The translations under genes and the position numbers were made by a program. From Bacteroidales bacterium (GTDB lineage: Bacteria > Bacteroidota > Bacteroidia > Bacteroidales > WCHB1-69): a stretch of DNA of 64,000 nt. The number at the start of each line of letters is the position of its first letter. Within the stretch, counting starts at the first letter, position 1. The notes beneath the pieces are model-generated. The model had not been told where the DNA came from and searched no databases. It saw nothing but the letters and a program-made list of their open reading frames with translations. Of this stretch, positions 37,495-47,690 are shown in pieces. Location of the stretch: contig JAFZWE010000006.1 in the NCBI GenBank assembly GCA_017617445.1, positions 2,246 to 66,245 on the forward strand, written 5' to 3'.

Positions 37495-40245
37495 ATGAGC
37501 AATGTAAAGTACGTTTACACTTTTGGCGGAAAAACCGCTGAAGGTAAGGCAGACATGAAGAATCTTCTGGGAGGCAAAGGTGCCAACCTGGCTGAGATGT
37601 GTCTGCTGGGGCTTCCTGTTCCCGCCGGTCTGACTATCACCACAGAATGCTGCACCGCATACTATGCCAACAACTGCCAGCTCCCCGCCACATTGATGGA
37701 CGATGTCTGGAAAGCCATGGAAGGCGTTGAAAAAATCATGGGCAGAAAATACGACGACCCCGAGAACCCGTTGCTCGTTTCCTGCCGTTCCGGTGCCCGC
37801 ACCTCCATGCCCGGCATGATGGACACCGTGCTCAACATCGGTCTGAGCTCCAAAACCATCCCCGGCTTGATCAGCAAGACCGGCAACAAACGCTTTGTCT
37901 ATGACTCCTACCGTCGTTTGATCATGATGTACGCTGACGTGGTGATGGAGAAAGCCGAAGGCATCGCTCCCGTAGAAGGCAAGGGCATCCGCAAGATTTT
38001 GGATGACATGCTGGATGAATACAAGGAGAAGAAGGGTTACAAGAGCGACACTGACATCCAGGCTGACGAATTGCTGGAGCTGGCCGAAGCCTTCAAAAAG
38101 ACCATCAAGGAGAAACTCGGCACCGAATTCCCGGATGACGCAAAAGCCCAGATGGAAGGCGGTATCAAGGCCGTTTTCAAGAGCTGGAACGGACAGAAGG
38201 CTATCGCCTACCGTCGCATTGAAGGCATTCCGGACGACTGGGGCACCGCAGTGAACGTGCAGGCCATGGTGTTCGGCAACATGGGTGACAACTCCGCCAC
38301 CGGCGTCGCCTTCACCCGCAACCCCGCCACTGGCGAGAACCAGTTCTACGGCGAATGGCTCATCAACGCACAGGGCGAAGACGTGGTGGCCGGTATCCGT
38401 ACCCCCAACCCGCTGAACGATGACACCAAGAACGAGCAGAACAAGCACCTTCACTCCATGCAGGAGCTGATGCCCGAAACCTACAAAGAACTTTGCAACA
38501 TCCGCACTATCCTGGAAGACAACTACAAGGACATGCTTGACATTGAGTTCACCATCCAGGAAGGCCAGCTGTTCATGCTGCAGTGCCGCGTGGGCAAACG
38601 CACCGGTATCGCCGCCCTGAACATGGCTTTGGACATGTTGCACGAAGGCCGCATTGATGACAAGGAAGTGGTGATGAGACTCCAGCCCGCCCAGATGGAC
38701 GAACTGTTGCACCCCATCCTTGAAGCCGCCGATGAAAAGAAGCACAACATCATCGCCAAAGGTCTGCCCGCAGGTCCTGGCGGCGCTGTCGGCGTCATTG
38801 CCCTGGACAGTGAAAAATCCATGGCATACACTGCCAAGAAAATCAAGAACGTGCTCATCCGTGAGGAAACCAACCCCGAAGATGTGGAAGGTATGCGTTC
38901 CGCTGACGGCATCCTGACCGCCCGTGGCGGTATGACCTCCCACGCCGCCCTCGTGGCCCGTGGCTGGGGCAAGTGCTGCATCGTGGGTTGCGACGCCCTC
39001 AAGATTGACATGGACAAACGCACCGTCAGCATTGACGGCAAACTGTTCAAAGAGGGAGATGTCATTGCCCTGAACGGAGCCAAAGGTTATGTTTACGGTG
39101 AAAGCGTCAATATGATTGACTCCACTGAGAATCCGCGTTTCCAAGAGTTCATGTCCTACGTGGACAAGCACCGCAAGATGGGCGTGCGCACCAATGCCGA
39201 CACTCCGGAAGATGCACAGAACGCCGTCAACTTCGGTGCCGAAGGTATCGGTCTGTTCCGTATCGAACACATGTTCTACGGCAAGAACAGCGAGAAACCG
39301 TTGGAGAAATTGCGCAAGATGATCCTTTCTGACACAACAGACGAACGTGTTGCGGCTCTCAATGAACTTGAACCCTACATCCGTGAAGCTGCCAAGGGCA
39401 CTTTGAAAGTGATGGACGGCAAGCCGCTCACCTTCCGCCTCATGGACCCGCCGCTTCATGAATTCGTTCCCCAGACCGAAGACAAACAGCGCGAAGCCGC
39501 CGCTCAATACGGTCTCACCTTTGAAGAGATCAAGAAGAGAATCGACAGCCTCCACGAGATGAACCCGATGATGGGGCTCCGCGGCGTGCGTCTCGGCATC
39601 GTCTATCCTGAAATTTCCGAAACCCAGTTCCGCGCGCTCTTCGAAGCCACCGCAGAATTGATGAAAGAAGGCAAGGATCCACGCCTGGAAATCATGGTCC
39701 CGCTGACCATTGATGTCAAAGAGCTGAAACACCAGAAAGAGATCGCCGACCGTGTTCAGGCTGAAGTGGAAGCCAAGTTCGGTGTCAAGATCAACTACCT
39801 CTATGGTACGATGATCGAGATCCCGCGTGCCACCCTCATGGCTGACGAAATCGCCCAGGTGGCCCAGTTCTTCTCCTTCGGAACCAACGACCTGACCCAG
39901 ATGACCCTCGGTTTCTCCCGCGACGACGTGAACGAGATCATCCACCACTATGTGGCCAAGAAGATCATCCCCGCCGATCCGTTCAAGACCCTTGACCAGG
40001 AAGGTGTGGGCCAACTGGTACAGTGCGGTGTACAGCGTGGACGTTTCCAGAACCCGAAACTGAAAGTCGGTGTCTGCGGCGAGCACGGTGGAGATCCCGC
40101 CTCTGTGGAATTCTTCTACAAGACCGGCATGACCTACGTGTCCTGCTCCCCGTTCCGCGTTCCCGTGGCACGTCTGGCTGCTGCCCAGGCCGCTATCAAG
40201 AACCCGATTCACGACGAAGGCTGCTGCTGCGGCTGCAACAAATAA
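37495..40245 (+). CDS. ppdK: Pyruvate, phosphate dikinase
   Basis: LLGGKGANLAEM, SMPGMMDTVLN, GGMTSHAA (phospho-His), FSFGTNDLTQ, CGEHGGDP. Confidence 0.97.
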   Translation: MSNVKYVYTFGGKTAEGKADMKNLLGGKGANLAEMCLLGLPVPAGLTITTECCTAYYANNCQLPATLMDDVWKAMEGVEKIMGRKYDDPENPLLVSCRSGARTSMPGMMDTVLNIGLSSKTIPGLISKTGNKRFVYDSYRRLIMMYADVVMEKAEGIAPVEGKGIRKILDDMLDEYKEKKGYKSDTDIQADELLELAEAFKKTIKEKLGTEFPDDAKAQMEGGIKAVFKSWNGQKAIAYRRIEGIPDDWGTAVNVQAMVFGNMGDNSATGVAFTRNPATGENQFYGEWLINAQGEDVVAGIRTPNPLNDDTKNEQNKHLHSMQELMPETYKELCNIRTILEDNYKDMLDIEFTIQEGQLFMLQCRVGKRTGIAALNMALDMLHEGRIDDKEVVMRLQPAQMDELLHPILEAADEKKHNIIAKGLPAGPGGAVGVIALDSEKSMAYTAKKIKNVLIREETNPEDVEGMRSADGILTARGGMTSHAALVARGWGKCCIVGCDALKIDMDKRTVSIDGKLFKEGDVIALNGAKGYVYGESVNMIDSTENPRFQEFMSYVDKHRKMGVRTNADTPEDAQNAVNFGAEGIGLFRIEHMFYGKNSEKPLEKLRKMILSDTTDERVAALNELEPYIREAAKGTLKVMDGKPLTFRLMDPPLHEFVPQTEDKQREAAAQYGLTFEEIKKRIDSLHEMNPMMGLRGVRLGIVYPEISETQFRALFEATAELMKEGKDPRLEIMVPLTIDVKELKHQKEIADRVQAEVEAKFGVKINYLYGTMIEIPRATLMADEIAQVAQFFSFGTNDLTQMTLGFSRDDVNEIIHHYVAKKIIPADPFKTLDQEGVGQLVQCGVQRGRFQNPKLKVGVCGEHGGDPASVEFFYKTGMTYVSCSPFRVPVARLAAAQAAIKNPIHDEGCCCGCNK

Positions 40246-40254
40246 AAGAGAGCA

Positions 40255-41427
40255 ATGGACTTGAAGTCGGTTCTCAAACCAGTAGATGTGGAGTCTCTGA
40301 TGCCTACCATGGGCATCGAAGACCCACATCTTCTTTATCATTACATTGAGCTCTGGGATGGCGGTGATACTGATTTGACAGACAAGCAGATCGCTATCAT
40401 TGGCGTACCTGAGTCGCGCAACGCCACGGCCAACCCGGACACCAAACTCGCCCCGGACGAAATCCGGCGCTCCCTGTACCGGCTCTACCGCTGGAAACAC
40501 AACATCAACATCATCGACCTGGGAAACCTGGAACCCGGTGAGACGGTGGAAGACACCTACCAAATTTTAGCAGAAACTCTCGCCTTTCTGATTGACAATG
40601 GCATCACCCCCATCATTCTCGGGGGCAGCAACGACCTTGCTTTCGCCAACTACAAGGCATACGAGCTGCTGAACAAAGTGGTCAGCATTGTATCTGTGGA
40701 CTCCAGATTTGATCTGGGAAGAGAGGACGAACCTCTCAAATCCAATGCCTACCTGAACAAAATCATCCTGGAACAACCCAACTACCTGCTCAATTACGCC
40801 AACATCGGCTACCAGACCTACCTCAACAGCCCGGAATCCATTGAACTGATGGACAAGCTGTTTTTCGAGAGTTATCGCGTGGGCATGTTGCGGCAAGACG
40901 TTTCAGAAGTGGAGCCCATCGTGCGAAACGCGGAAATGCTGTCACTGGACATCTCCGCCATCCGCCAGACCGAGGCCCCCGGCAACCCCAACAGCTCCGC
41001 CAACGGATTCTACGGCGAGGAGATCTGCCAAGTGGCCATGTACGCGGGAGTGAGCGACAAACTCACCTCCTTCGGCATCTACGAATACGACCCGATGTTG
41101 GACTACAACACTCAAACCTCCCAGCTCATCAGCCACATCATCTGGTATTTCATCGAAGGCTACCTGAACCGCAAAAACGACATTTTTTTCAAAGACAAAA
41201 ACAGCTACACCAAATACAGCGTCACTGTTTCCGAGACCATTGAGGAACTGGTTTTCTATTGTAGCAAAAAAACCGGGCGCTGGTGGGTGGTAGTCCCCGT
41301 CATCAACATTGAAAAGGGAACGCAGCAGACGTACTATCTGCCCTGTTCGCTCAACGACTACCAGACTGCCTGCGACGACCGCATTCCCGAAAGATGGTGG
41401 CGTGCTTACAACAAATTCAACCATTAA
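40255..41427 (+). CDS. Arginase/formimidoylglutamase-fold protein
   Basis: IAIIGVPE, IIDLGN, PIILGGSND, IGYQTY, SLDISAIR, NGFYGEEICQ. Confidence 0.8.
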   Translation: MDLKSVLKPVDVESLMPTMGIEDPHLLYHYIELWDGGDTDLTDKQIAIIGVPESRNATANPDTKLAPDEIRRSLYRLYRWKHNINIIDLGNLEPGETVEDTYQILAETLAFLIDNGITPIILGGSNDLAFANYKAYELLNKVVSIVSVDSRFDLGREDEPLKSNAYLNKIILEQPNYLLNYANIGYQTYLNSPESIELMDKLFFESYRVGMLRQDVSEVEPIVRNAEMLSLDISAIRQTEAPGNPNSSANGFYGEEICQVAMYAGVSDKLTSFGIYEYDPMLDYNTQTSQLISHIIWYFIEGYLNRKNDIFFKDKNSYTKYSVTVSETIEELVFYCSKKTGRWWVVVPVINIEKGTQQTYYLPCSLNDYQTACDDRIPERWWRAYNKFNH

Positions 41428-41442
41428 CCAAAAAACAGAATA

Positions 41443-42414
41443 ATGAAAAAATCACTTTTGATTCTTTTGATTTGCACCATGTTGCCCATGGCCAAAGCAC
41501 AGACTGACTCCATCGCTGCTGCCGCCGAAGCTGCAGCCGACACCGCGGAACCCGTACTGACCAACTGGCAGAAATATTGGAAACTCACAGGTCTGGTCAC
41601 ATTCAACCTCTCCGAGACAATGCAGTGGAACTGGGCTGCCGGTGGTAACAACAACGGTATGGGAATCCTCGCCTGCAACCTGAAACTGGCGTACAAGAAG
41701 GACAATATCTCTTGGGAAACCACCTTTGACAGCGATTATGGCTGGATGTGGACCCCGAGTACTGCCTTCAAATGGAGAAAATCCAACGACAAGATTGTCT
41801 TCAGCACCAAGTTCGGTTGGGAGTTCCATAAAACTTGGTACCTCACCGTGATGGCCGGCTTCAAGTCACACTACCATGATGGTTACGACTACAAGATGGG
41901 TGATGACAAGCAAGAGGTGAAAACCTACGCCTACAACTGGCTCTCGCCTTCATACAGCGACCTTTCTGTGGGTATCGACTGGAAACCGAACGACATCTTT
42001 ACAGTGTACCTCTCCCCGGTAGCCGGTCGTATCACCACTGTTTTGCAAAGAAATGATGACACGCTGCACACCCTTCATGCCAAGTATGGCGTTCCTGACA
42101 CCGTGAATTTCAAGGCTGAGCTGGGTGCCACCTTCAAAGCAGGGGTCAACTACTCGCCCGTCAAGGGGCTGAAAATCCTCTCCACACTCACCCTCTTCAC
42201 CCCGTACAACAAGAAATTCGGGAATATTGACGTGGACTGGGATTTCGCCATCTCCTACCAGTTCTGGAAAGTGCTGAACGTCACCCTCAGCACCTCCCTC
42301 AAGTACTACGATGCCGTCAACATCGAATGGATGGACAAGAACAAAGTGATGCACAACAGTCCCCGGGTTCAATTCCGCGAAATTATCGGACTGGGCATCG
42401 GCTACTCCTTCTAA
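41443..42414 (+). CDS. DUF3078-family outer-membrane beta-barrel
   Basis: Signal peptide; NWAAGG, WRKSND, LSP, C-terminal QFREIIGLGIGYSF. Confidence 0.85.
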   Translation: MKKSLLILLICTMLPMAKAQTDSIAAAAEAAADTAEPVLTNWQKYWKLTGLVTFNLSETMQWNWAAGGNNNGMGILACNLKLAYKKDNISWETTFDSDYGWMWTPSTAFKWRKSNDKIVFSTKFGWEFHKTWYLTVMAGFKSHYHDGYDYKMGDDKQEVKTYAYNWLSPSYSDLSVGIDWKPNDIFTVYLSPVAGRITTVLQRNDDTLHTLHAKYGVPDTVNFKAELGATFKAGVNYSPVKGLKILSTLTLFTPYNKKFGNIDVDWDFAISYQFWKVLNVTLSTSLKYYDAVNIEWMDKNKVMHNSPRVQFREIIGLGIGYSF

Positions 42415-42448
42415 CACAGTTTATTATCAATCCAATCATCACAAAAAC

Positions 42449-42484
42449 CGACTTCCATCGCAGCCACCCGCTGCGATGAAGTCG
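42449..42484. terminator. Stem-loop after the DUF3078 gene
   Basis: cgactt(c)catcgcagc-caccc-gctgcgatgaagtcg; weak U-tail. Confidence 0.55.
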
Positions 42485-42516
42485 TATCTTAAAACAACGT
42501 CAGGAAAGAATTTAAA

Positions 42517-44886
42517 ATGAGACAGTTTCATTTATTTTCAAACAAGAAAAAAATCCTCCTCACCCTGATCCTGCTCCTATCCGGCTGGTCCGTGATGGCT
42601 CAGGATCGCACAGACAGCCTCCATATTGAACATTACAACATCCACCTGAACATCACGGATTTCACCAACCGACAGATTTACGGATATGCAGATTTAACTG
42701 CCGTGGCAAAGGTGAACGAATTGACCTCTGTACGGCTGGATTTGAAAAGTCTGACTGTGGACTCTGTATGGGTAAACGGTGTGACAGACAGCATTTTCTA
42801 TCAATCCGGGATTCATTTGGACATCCCACTGGCAGACACGATGCAACAGGGTGACACCGCACTGATCCGGGTATATTACCACGGCCGTCCCGGCACAGAC
42901 GCCCAATTCGGCGGCTTTTATTTCTCTGGGGAATACTGCTACAACATCGGAGTGGCCTTCCGCGACCTGCCCCACAACTTCGGACGTGCATGGTATCCCT
43001 GTCTGGACTTTTTCACCGACAAATCCACCTACCAGTTTGAAATTGAAACTGAAGCCAACAAGATGGCCATTTGTGGAGGCGATCTCATTGACACAATGAG
43101 TGTTGACAGCAACACCATCCTTTGGACCTGGCGACTGGACCAACCCGTTCCCACCTATCTCACCTCAGTGGCCGTTGGCGAATACGAACACTACAGTGAC
43201 ACCATACATGGTCTGGAGCGGGTGATTCCCATCGATATCTACACTCCCCCCTCCTACTTCAACCTGATTCCCGGCTCTTTCCTCCATCTCAAACCCATCA
43301 TCCGAACATACGAAGCGCATTTCGGTCCCTATCCCTGGAGCCGGATCGGCTATGTCTCCGTGAATTTCAATGCCGGCGCCATGGAACATGTCACCAATAT
43401 TGCCTATCCCAATTTCGCCATCAGCGGCACCACCACATACGAATCACTCTATGCTCACGAACTTTCACACATGTGGTTTGGCGACTTAGTCACCTGCCAT
43501 CAGGCGGAAGAGATGTGGATCAACGAAGGATTTGCCCGCTATAATGAAGCCCTGGTGGCGGAAGCGCTCAATCCCAGTGACAATTTCCAGCAGGATGGCT
43601 ATCGCAACAACATACTCAAGTTGCACCGCTCGGTACTGATTGACGCTCATAAAGATGACGACGGATATTGGGCTATTGATTCCGTTCCCCAGGAAGTCAC
43701 CTATGGGTCAACCACATACGACAAAGGCGGTCTGGTCGTCCACACCCTGAGAAAATATATGGGCGACAGCATTTTCTTCGCATCCATCAAAAACATGCTG
43801 AACACTTTTGCCTACGGGAACATCACCACAGAAGAGCTGGTCAGCTTTCTTTCGCAAGACAGTGGCATAGACCTGCATGACTTTTATGAGGGATGGATTC
43901 ACCAACCCGGTTTCCTGCACTTTTCCGTTGACTCCATCCGACCGACGGGAGTGGCCGGAGAATACCGTTTCTTCGTCCGCCAACGCTTGTCGCACGCCCG
44001 CCAGTTTGCCAACAGCAACAAAATAGACCTCACCTTTTTCTCACTTGACAACCAGAATTATACTGTCAGCGATTTCCGTTTTGACGGGGAATATGGAGAA
44101 GGTACAGCAACCCTACCGTTTGAACCAGCTTTTGCCGTGGTGGATTTTTATGAAAAGATGGGCGATGCCGTGCTGGACGAGAATTGGCTGCTCACTGGCA
44201 CGGGACAAAACAGTTCCAATGATCTCCGATTCAAGGTACTCGTTTCCCAAATCACTGACACCGTGTTCATGCGGGTGGAGGACAACCTGGTTGCACCGGA
44301 TCCAGTAAGATCGGAAAACACAGGAATTGCCGCCCTGAATCCCGCCCATTACTGGCGCATAGCATACACTCCCGAAGAGGCGTTGTCTGAAGCCACCCTG
44401 CGATTCTGTTTCAAAGCAGGGAACAGCAATGCCATTGACTATGATTTTTTGAACGGACACAGGATGGATGAAATCGTACTGGCCTACCGTCGCGATGCCG
44501 CTGACGACTGGCACGTAATTCCCTCCGACCATACCGGCACCCTGAGCACCGGTTACCTGAACACCCAGCACATTTGTCCAGGAGAATACGCAATCGCGTT
44601 GGGTGACAGCACTTTGGGAATCAATTCATCCGATAACAACCTCAACCACATCAAAATCTTCCCCAATCCCAGTGGAAACAGCATCACCGTAAGTATCGGC
44701 GAATTTGACATGACCGAACACTACACCTGCCAGATTTACGACATGAACGGTCGTCAGGTGAAGCGGGCGAACCTGCGTGAAGCCAACGGTCAAATCAACA
44801 TCTCCATGCTGCCCTCCTCAACTTACATTCTCAAGGTTTTCTGTTCCAACAAAGAGATTTTCTGCACCAAACTCATCAAAAACTGA
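42517..44886 (+). CDS. M1 family aminopeptidase with T9SS C-terminal domain
   Basis: GAMEH, HELSH-x18-E (WINEGFA), YDKG; CTD IFPNPS...YILKV...KLIKN. Confidence 0.92.
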   Translation: MRQFHLFSNKKKILLTLILLLSGWSVMAQDRTDSLHIEHYNIHLNITDFTNRQIYGYADLTAVAKVNELTSVRLDLKSLTVDSVWVNGVTDSIFYQSGIHLDIPLADTMQQGDTALIRVYYHGRPGTDAQFGGFYFSGEYCYNIGVAFRDLPHNFGRAWYPCLDFFTDKSTYQFEIETEANKMAICGGDLIDTMSVDSNTILWTWRLDQPVPTYLTSVAVGEYEHYSDTIHGLERVIPIDIYTPPSYFNLIPGSFLHLKPIIRTYEAHFGPYPWSRIGYVSVNFNAGAMEHVTNIAYPNFAISGTTTYESLYAHELSHMWFGDLVTCHQAEEMWINEGFARYNEALVAEALNPSDNFQQDGYRNNILKLHRSVLIDAHKDDDGYWAIDSVPQEVTYGSTTYDKGGLVVHTLRKYMGDSIFFASIKNMLNTFAYGNITTEELVSFLSQDSGIDLHDFYEGWIHQPGFLHFSVDSIRPTGVAGEYRFFVRQRLSHARQFANSNKIDLTFFSLDNQNYTVSDFRFDGEYGEGTATLPFEPAFAVVDFYEKMGDAVLDENWLLTGTGQNSSNDLRFKVLVSQITDTVFMRVEDNLVAPDPVRSENTGIAALNPAHYWRIAYTPEEALSEATLRFCFKAGNSNAIDYDFLNGHRMDEIVLAYRRDAADDWHVIPSDHTGTLSTGYLNTQHICPGEYAIALGDSTLGINSSDNNLNHIKIFPNPSGNSITVSIGEFDMTEHYTCQIYDMNGRQVKRANLREANGQINISMLPSSTYILKVFCSNKEIFCTKLIKN

Positions 44887-44898
44887 CATTTGCCAGAA

Positions 44899-46026
44899 AT
44901 GAAAATCGCCGTCAATACAAGACTGCTTCTCAAAGACAAGCTGGAAGGCATCGGTTGGTTCACCCACGAAAGCCTGCGGCGCATAGTGACCTCCCATCCA
45001 GAGCACACCTTCTATTTCATCTTTGACCGCAACTATGATGAATCATTCATCTTTGCAAAAAATGTAAAGCCCGTACTCACTTTCCCTCCCGCACGCCACC
45101 CCTACCTCTGGTACCTCTATTTTGAATACTCCATTCCCTATGTGCTGCGGAAAATCAAGCCCGACCTTTTCCTTTCCCCCGACGGTTGGCTTTCACTTCG
45201 GACAAATGTCCCTCAAATATCTGTCATCCACGATCTTAATTTTGAGCATTTCCCCGATATGCTCAAGCCGAAATACCAAAAGTACTGCACACGCTACTTC
45301 CCGAAGTTTGCACACAAAGCCGTCCGGATTGCAACAGTTTCTGAATTTTCCCAAAAAGACATTCACAACCTGTACGGAATCCCAACAGACCGGATTGATG
45401 TGGTTTATAACGGCTGTAACGAATGTTTCACCCCGATAGACCGGGATCGCCAACGGGCAATCCGAGTGCGCTATGCCGACGGCTTTGACTACTTCCTTTT
45501 TGTAAGTGCCATCCACAAACGGAAAAACTTGGCCAATATCCTGCGGGCTTTTGACATCTACAAAGAGAAAAGCGGTGCCGACACACAGTTTGTCGTTGTG
45601 GGCTCGCAAGCCGGCATGCAGGATGATTTGGCGGAAGTGTACCGGAACATGAAACATGCCGCTGACGTCCGTTTTATCGGGCATCTCCCGTCTAAAGAAT
45701 TGGCAGAAGTCACCGCTTCCGCGCTGGCATTGGTGTACACTTCCCTATTTGAAGGATTTGGCATCCCCATTGTTGAAGCATTCAATGCAGAGACCGCCGT
45801 CATCACCTCCAATGTCACCTCCATGCCCGAAGTGGCTGGGGATGCCGCTCTGCTGGTGGACCCGCTTTCCGTGGATGAAATCGCTGAAGCCATGGCACAA
45901 TTAGCCTCCAATGAGTCCCTGCGTCAGGAGCTCATCGCCAAGGGACGCCTGCAACGCACCCATTTCAGTTGGGACCATACAGCTGAAAGACTGTGGCAGT
46001 GCATTGAAAAGGGCATAAGAAACTGA
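44899..46026 (+). CDS. Glycosyltransferase family 4
   Basis: IHDL, TVSEFS, RKNL, SLFEGFGIPIVEA, SMPEVAG. Confidence 0.92.
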   Translation: MKIAVNTRLLLKDKLEGIGWFTHESLRRIVTSHPEHTFYFIFDRNYDESFIFAKNVKPVLTFPPARHPYLWYLYFEYSIPYVLRKIKPDLFLSPDGWLSLRTNVPQISVIHDLNFEHFPDMLKPKYQKYCTRYFPKFAHKAVRIATVSEFSQKDIHNLYGIPTDRIDVVYNGCNECFTPIDRDRQRAIRVRYADGFDYFLFVSAIHKRKNLANILRAFDIYKEKSGADTQFVVVGSQAGMQDDLAEVYRNMKHAADVRFIGHLPSKELAEVTASALALVYTSLFEGFGIPIVEAFNAETAVITSNVTSMPEVAGDAALLVDPLSVDEIAEAMAQLASNESLRQELIAKGRLQRTHFSWDHTAERLWQCIEKGIRN

Positions 46027-46080
46027 AATTTGATTAGGAAATCCCCCTCACTGTTCATACCGCATCAGCGGTGATCTCCA

Positions 46081-46953
46081 TCATTCACCGGCAATCACAC
46101 TGCTGATATACTCCACTGCATCGTAATTGCGCGGGGAGAGAATGTCTATCCAACCGGATTCTATAGGATACACCCGATTCTCCTTCACTGCGGTGAGCAG
46201 CGTGTAGGGATACGTTTTACAAAAGTTTTCCATATCCTCCTTTCGGATAAAAATATAATCGGGATCCTGCTCAAAGAGGTACTCGCGACTGATTTCCCAA
46301 CTGGTGAGGGGTGCACCCACATTCTTGCCACCTGCCAGAGTGATGATGTCATGGATGAATGTGTTGCCCGCAGCCGTAAAATCCCTCAGGCCATAACCGA
46401 CTACATAATAGACCTTTTTGTCCATCGGTTTCACCTCCGACTGATAACGTTCCAGCCGGCTCTCAAAAACTTTTTTCAAGGAATCCGCTTCTGATTTTTT
46501 GTTCAACAGAACACCCAAGGTCTCCACCATGCGGGTCATATCGGCCAAATGTCTCTCTTCCTTCACGGCAAAAACCGGCACTTGGGCTTTTTCAAACTGC
46601 TTCACTGTTTTGTCGCTGACCACCGAGCCAATGAGAATCAGATCTGGATTTAGAGTCAAAACGCTTTCTGGATTGACATTCAACAAATCAGCAACTTTAG
46701 GGATGCGTTCCACCTCTGGCGGGAAAGTGCAGAATGAGGAGACTCCCACCAGTTTGTCCTCTGCCCCCAACAGGTACATCATCTCGGTGATGGCGGGCGA
46801 CAGCGAAACCACCCGCTGTGGTTCCTTTTGAAGGACCACGTCACGGCCATACGAATCCTTGCCGCTATAAAAAACGGTATTGCTGCCGTCTTTCCTGTCT
46901 GCACAGGCGACCAGCAGCAATACCATGATAAGGATAACTATCTTTTTGAGCAT
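46081..46953 (-). CDS. BtuF/Fe-siderophore-type ABC substrate-binding lipoprotein
   Basis: Lipobox LVAC; PQRVVSLSPAITE, LVGVS.FC.FP, LNPDLI, LAGG.N, AVKENRVY. Confidence 0.85.
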   Translation of the reverse strand: MLKKIVILIMVLLLVACADRKDGSNTVFYSGKDSYGRDVVLQKEPQRVVSLSPAITEMMYLLGAEDKLVGVSSFCTFPPEVERIPKVADLLNVNPESVLTLNPDLILIGSVVSDKTVKQFEKAQVPVFAVKEERHLADMTRMVETLGVLLNKKSEADSLKKVFESRLERYQSEVKPMDKKVYYVVGYGLRDFTAAGNTFIHDIITLAGGKNVGAPLTSWEISREYLFEQDPDYIFIRKEDMENFCKTYPYTLLTAVKENRVYPIESGWIDILSPRNYDAVEYISSVIAGE

Positions 46954-47633
46954 TATTGTGCCGGATTGACCTCAATCAATTCAACTTCAAAAATCAGCGT
47001 GGCACCAGGCTTGATGGTTTGGGCTCCTCTATCCCCGTAACCGAGGTCAGAAGGGATATAGAGAATATACTTGGAGCCTTCGGACATCAGCTGCAGTCCT
47101 TCGGTCCAGCCGGCAATCACATTGCCCAAGGGGAAAACGATAGGTTCATTGCGATCGTAGGAGGAGTCAAAAACGGTACCGTCAAGGAGGGTTCCTTTAT
47201 AGTGGACTTTCACTTTGTCGGTAGCATTGGGTTTCTTGCCATTTCCTTCACGAACCACCTTGTACTGGAGGCCTGACGGAGTTTCCTTCACGCCCGGCTG
47301 GGTTTTGTTCTTTGCAAGGAAAGCGGCACCAGCGGCTTTCTCTTCTTTCAACATTTTATCCTGATTGGCTCTCACCATGCTGTCCAGCAGGCCGAATGCC
47401 GCCTGCATTTCATCCGTGGAGAACTTGTTCTGTCCTGCCATGGCATCCTTCAATCCCTGAAGAAAAACATTGGCATCAATGTCAAGGCCGAGGTTTTTGA
47501 ATTGTTCACCATTGTTGGCTCCCAGAGCGTAACTTGCTTTTTCTTTGTCTGTCATGTTCTTAACTTGTGCATTAGTCGTGGTGACGATGCCGAAACAGCA
47601 TACACACACGAGGATTAATAACTTTTTTTGCAT
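46953..47633 (-). CDS. FKBP-type peptidyl-prolyl isomerase (FkpA/Mip-like)
   Basis: SYALG N-domain, SGLQY, VHYKGTLLDGTVFDSS, VIAGWTEGL, LIFEVEL; TAATG overlap with the next gene; -7 box at 47661-47668. Confidence 0.93.
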   Translation of the reverse strand: MQKKLLILVCVCCFGIVTTTNAQVKNMTDKEKASYALGANNGEQFKNLGLDIDANVFLQGLKDAMAGQNKFSTDEMQAAFGLLDSMVRANQDKMLKEEKAAGAAFLAKNKTQPGVKETPSGLQYKVVREGNGKKPNATDKVKVHYKGTLLDGTVFDSSYDRNEPIVFPLGNVIAGWTEGLQLMSEGSKYILYIPSDLGYGDRGAQTIKPGATLIFEVELIEVNPAQ

Positions 47634-47690
47634 AATTCTTATTCGTTTAAAATTGGGGTGCAAAAGTACAATAATTTATGGCATCAGGCA

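Noticed and set aside
37444-40563. 1039-aa antisense ORF over ppdK
   Set aside because: A shadow frame produced by the strong codon bias of ppdK; no motifs, and the sense gene is unambiguous.
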